DNA of 64,000 nucleotides from Neodothiora populina (Eukaryota). Location: assembly GCF_041146345.1 (NCBI RefSeq), contig NW_027191417.1, forward strand, positions 1,426,001 through 1,490,000, read 5' to 3'. A program made the translations under genes and the position numbers. A model generated the notes under the pieces. The model saw only the letters and a list, made by a program, of their open reading frames with translations, searched no databases and was not told the origin of the DNA. Shown here in pieces: positions 62,310 to 64,000 of this stretch (the first letter of the stretch is position 1; each line of letters begins with the position of its first letter).

Positions 62310-62991
62310 ATGGCAGCCGCGTACCTCCAATCATGGGTGCCAGTTCTCCAATCAATCCTGCCGCGTTCAGGTCCTTCGGCAGCACCACTTCCAGAGATTG
62401 GCGCACAAGCGCCAGCCCTTCCAGGCACAGATGGCGGTGATCTGATCACCAGAGGAAAGTCCCAGGGTACACCCACACTTGTTGCCTTTGTGAGACACTG
62501 CGGATGTCCATTTGCAGAGAAAGAGGCAAAATTACTGGCGGAAGAAACCAAGAAACATAAGAACCTGCACGTCATTATCGTGCAGCACAGTGAGGAGAAA
62601 GAGACCGAGGAATGGTTCGAGAGAATTGGGTAAGTGTCTACTCTGTTCAAGCTACACGATCTCTACTAAAACTGTTTGCAGAGCGAAAGCAGCTTTCACA
62701 GACAGCTCAAGATACACTCTGATCGCCGACCCATCGCGTGAGCTTTACGCAGCATGGGGCATTGGTGTCCTACCATGGACTGGCATGGTGAATGGTAACG
62801 TCATGGGGGCGCTCAAGTCACTAAAGGAATCGGATGGCATCGACCTAACGCCTACGGGCAAGGGATCGTGGAGATGGCAGAATTCGGGTGGGTTCGCAGT
62901 TGACTCGCAGGGTGTGGTCAAGTGGAGGAAGGTCGCTGTTGACTCGAGCGATATGTGCGATTACTCCGAGGCTGCAGGGACAGTGGTTTGA
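62310..62991 (+). CDS. AhpC/TSA-like (peroxiredoxin-like 2) thioredoxin-fold protein
   Basis: Exons 62310-62629 and 62682-62991. FVRHCGCPFAE, ADPSRELYAAWG, WQNSGGFAVD..GVVKW. Confidence 0.8.
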
Positions 62992-64000
62992 ATCTCTGTG
63001 TCCTTTCTGAAAGGTGGAGCTATCCAGTAACATACTGATCACGTTCATGACGACACGGACTTTTGCCCGGCTCTATGTAATTTTATTATACGATCACATC
63101 CGAATATCTGAATACTATATTCGCTATCAAATGTTCTGAAGACGTCCGATTGTTATTAAGTGATGAAAGCGGGCTCAAACTCAGTCAAAAAGAGTGGGCT
63201 GTTGCCTTTCGATCTGGGGAGACCCTGGCCTTGTCTTATGGGACCTACTACCTCGTGAGGGTCGCACATTATCTCTCACTTCTTTGTCGACAACATATTG
63301 AAACAAAAGCAGTGCACAGGGCGACATATAATAGACTTCATACAGCACCCTTCTATGTTTCCGGTGACTCACTTTGCACATAATGAGTATAGGGGTCAGG
63401 GGCTACAATCTTTCTACCCGCCAGGTGCATGACCAGTGTAGGATCGGGAAAGCATACTCTGCTCCACCGAGCAATCACAAAAGCCGATCAAATTGACAAA
63501 GAGACAATATTTCTGTAAAGCTATACTGATAGAAAGATGCAATGCTATTCTTGCGTGTCCAGATAAGAATAGTAACCATAAAAATATCTCAAAGGACAAA
63601 ATACGAGGTACTAGCACGGCGTACCGCAGGTCAAACAGCGGGGCGGAGGAGAGAGGATCTGGAGCAGTTTCCTAACAAAGCGTGAGCAATAATACGGGGT
63701 TCGGGTCCATGTCAGGTCACGCTGCGGTCATGCAATGTTGTCGATTTCCATTGGTGACGTGTGTAGGAGGGGCAGGCGCAGGCAGCTTTTTGAACGCCAA
63801 CAATGGAAGGAACGTTTGTGGATTCCTAAATCGTAACGTCAACCCAAACTTTTCTTAGGAAACACCTTTTAAGGAGAGAAGACTTACTCCTGAATAACAT
63901 AGAAGTCTGCTTTTCTCTACATTCAGATCTATAGACAAATTTCACATTCCACGGCTGTGACTTCATCTCTAATCATCTCACAAAAGCAGAATGCAGGTTC

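Overview
Eukaryotic, intron-containing genomic DNA from a filamentous ascomycete (Pezizomycotina; inferred from GT..CTRAC..YAG introns, mostly 45-80 nt, and from gene content). Hand-spliced gene models in order: 3' end of an SRP40/Nopp140-like gene, WBP2-like PH/GRAM protein, single-pass membrane hypothetical, cis-prenyltransferase (RER2/SRT1 type), hypothetical with repeated Cys-Pro motifs, QCR6 with a long N-terminal extension, mitochondrial MnSOD, RraA-like aldolase, MDR/quinone oxidoreductase, intact 10-exon MER3 helicase, UDP-galactose transporter, Mlp1/Tpr nucleoporin, a large low-complexity hypothetical, a small Myb/SANT-like gene and a Zn2Cys6 transcription factor. A gene-poor accessory stretch (about 45.3-55 kb) holds a frameshifted papain-like gene, an APH-family kinase and an intron-containing tRNA-Asp. 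SGF29, ARF6, a mitochondrial carrier and an AhpC/TSA-like redoxin follow. No intact transposon or CRISPR array was seen. The best leads are non-coding: a structured long intron with a candidate poison acceptor in the Cys-Pro gene, and long structured SGF29 introns including a possible pseudoknot. Other leads are a presequence-like first exon on the MDR gene, a stop-free in-frame Mlp1 intron, a recurrent TACAGTACTGTA palindrome and RIP-like patches. All were read by eye and need computational confirmation.
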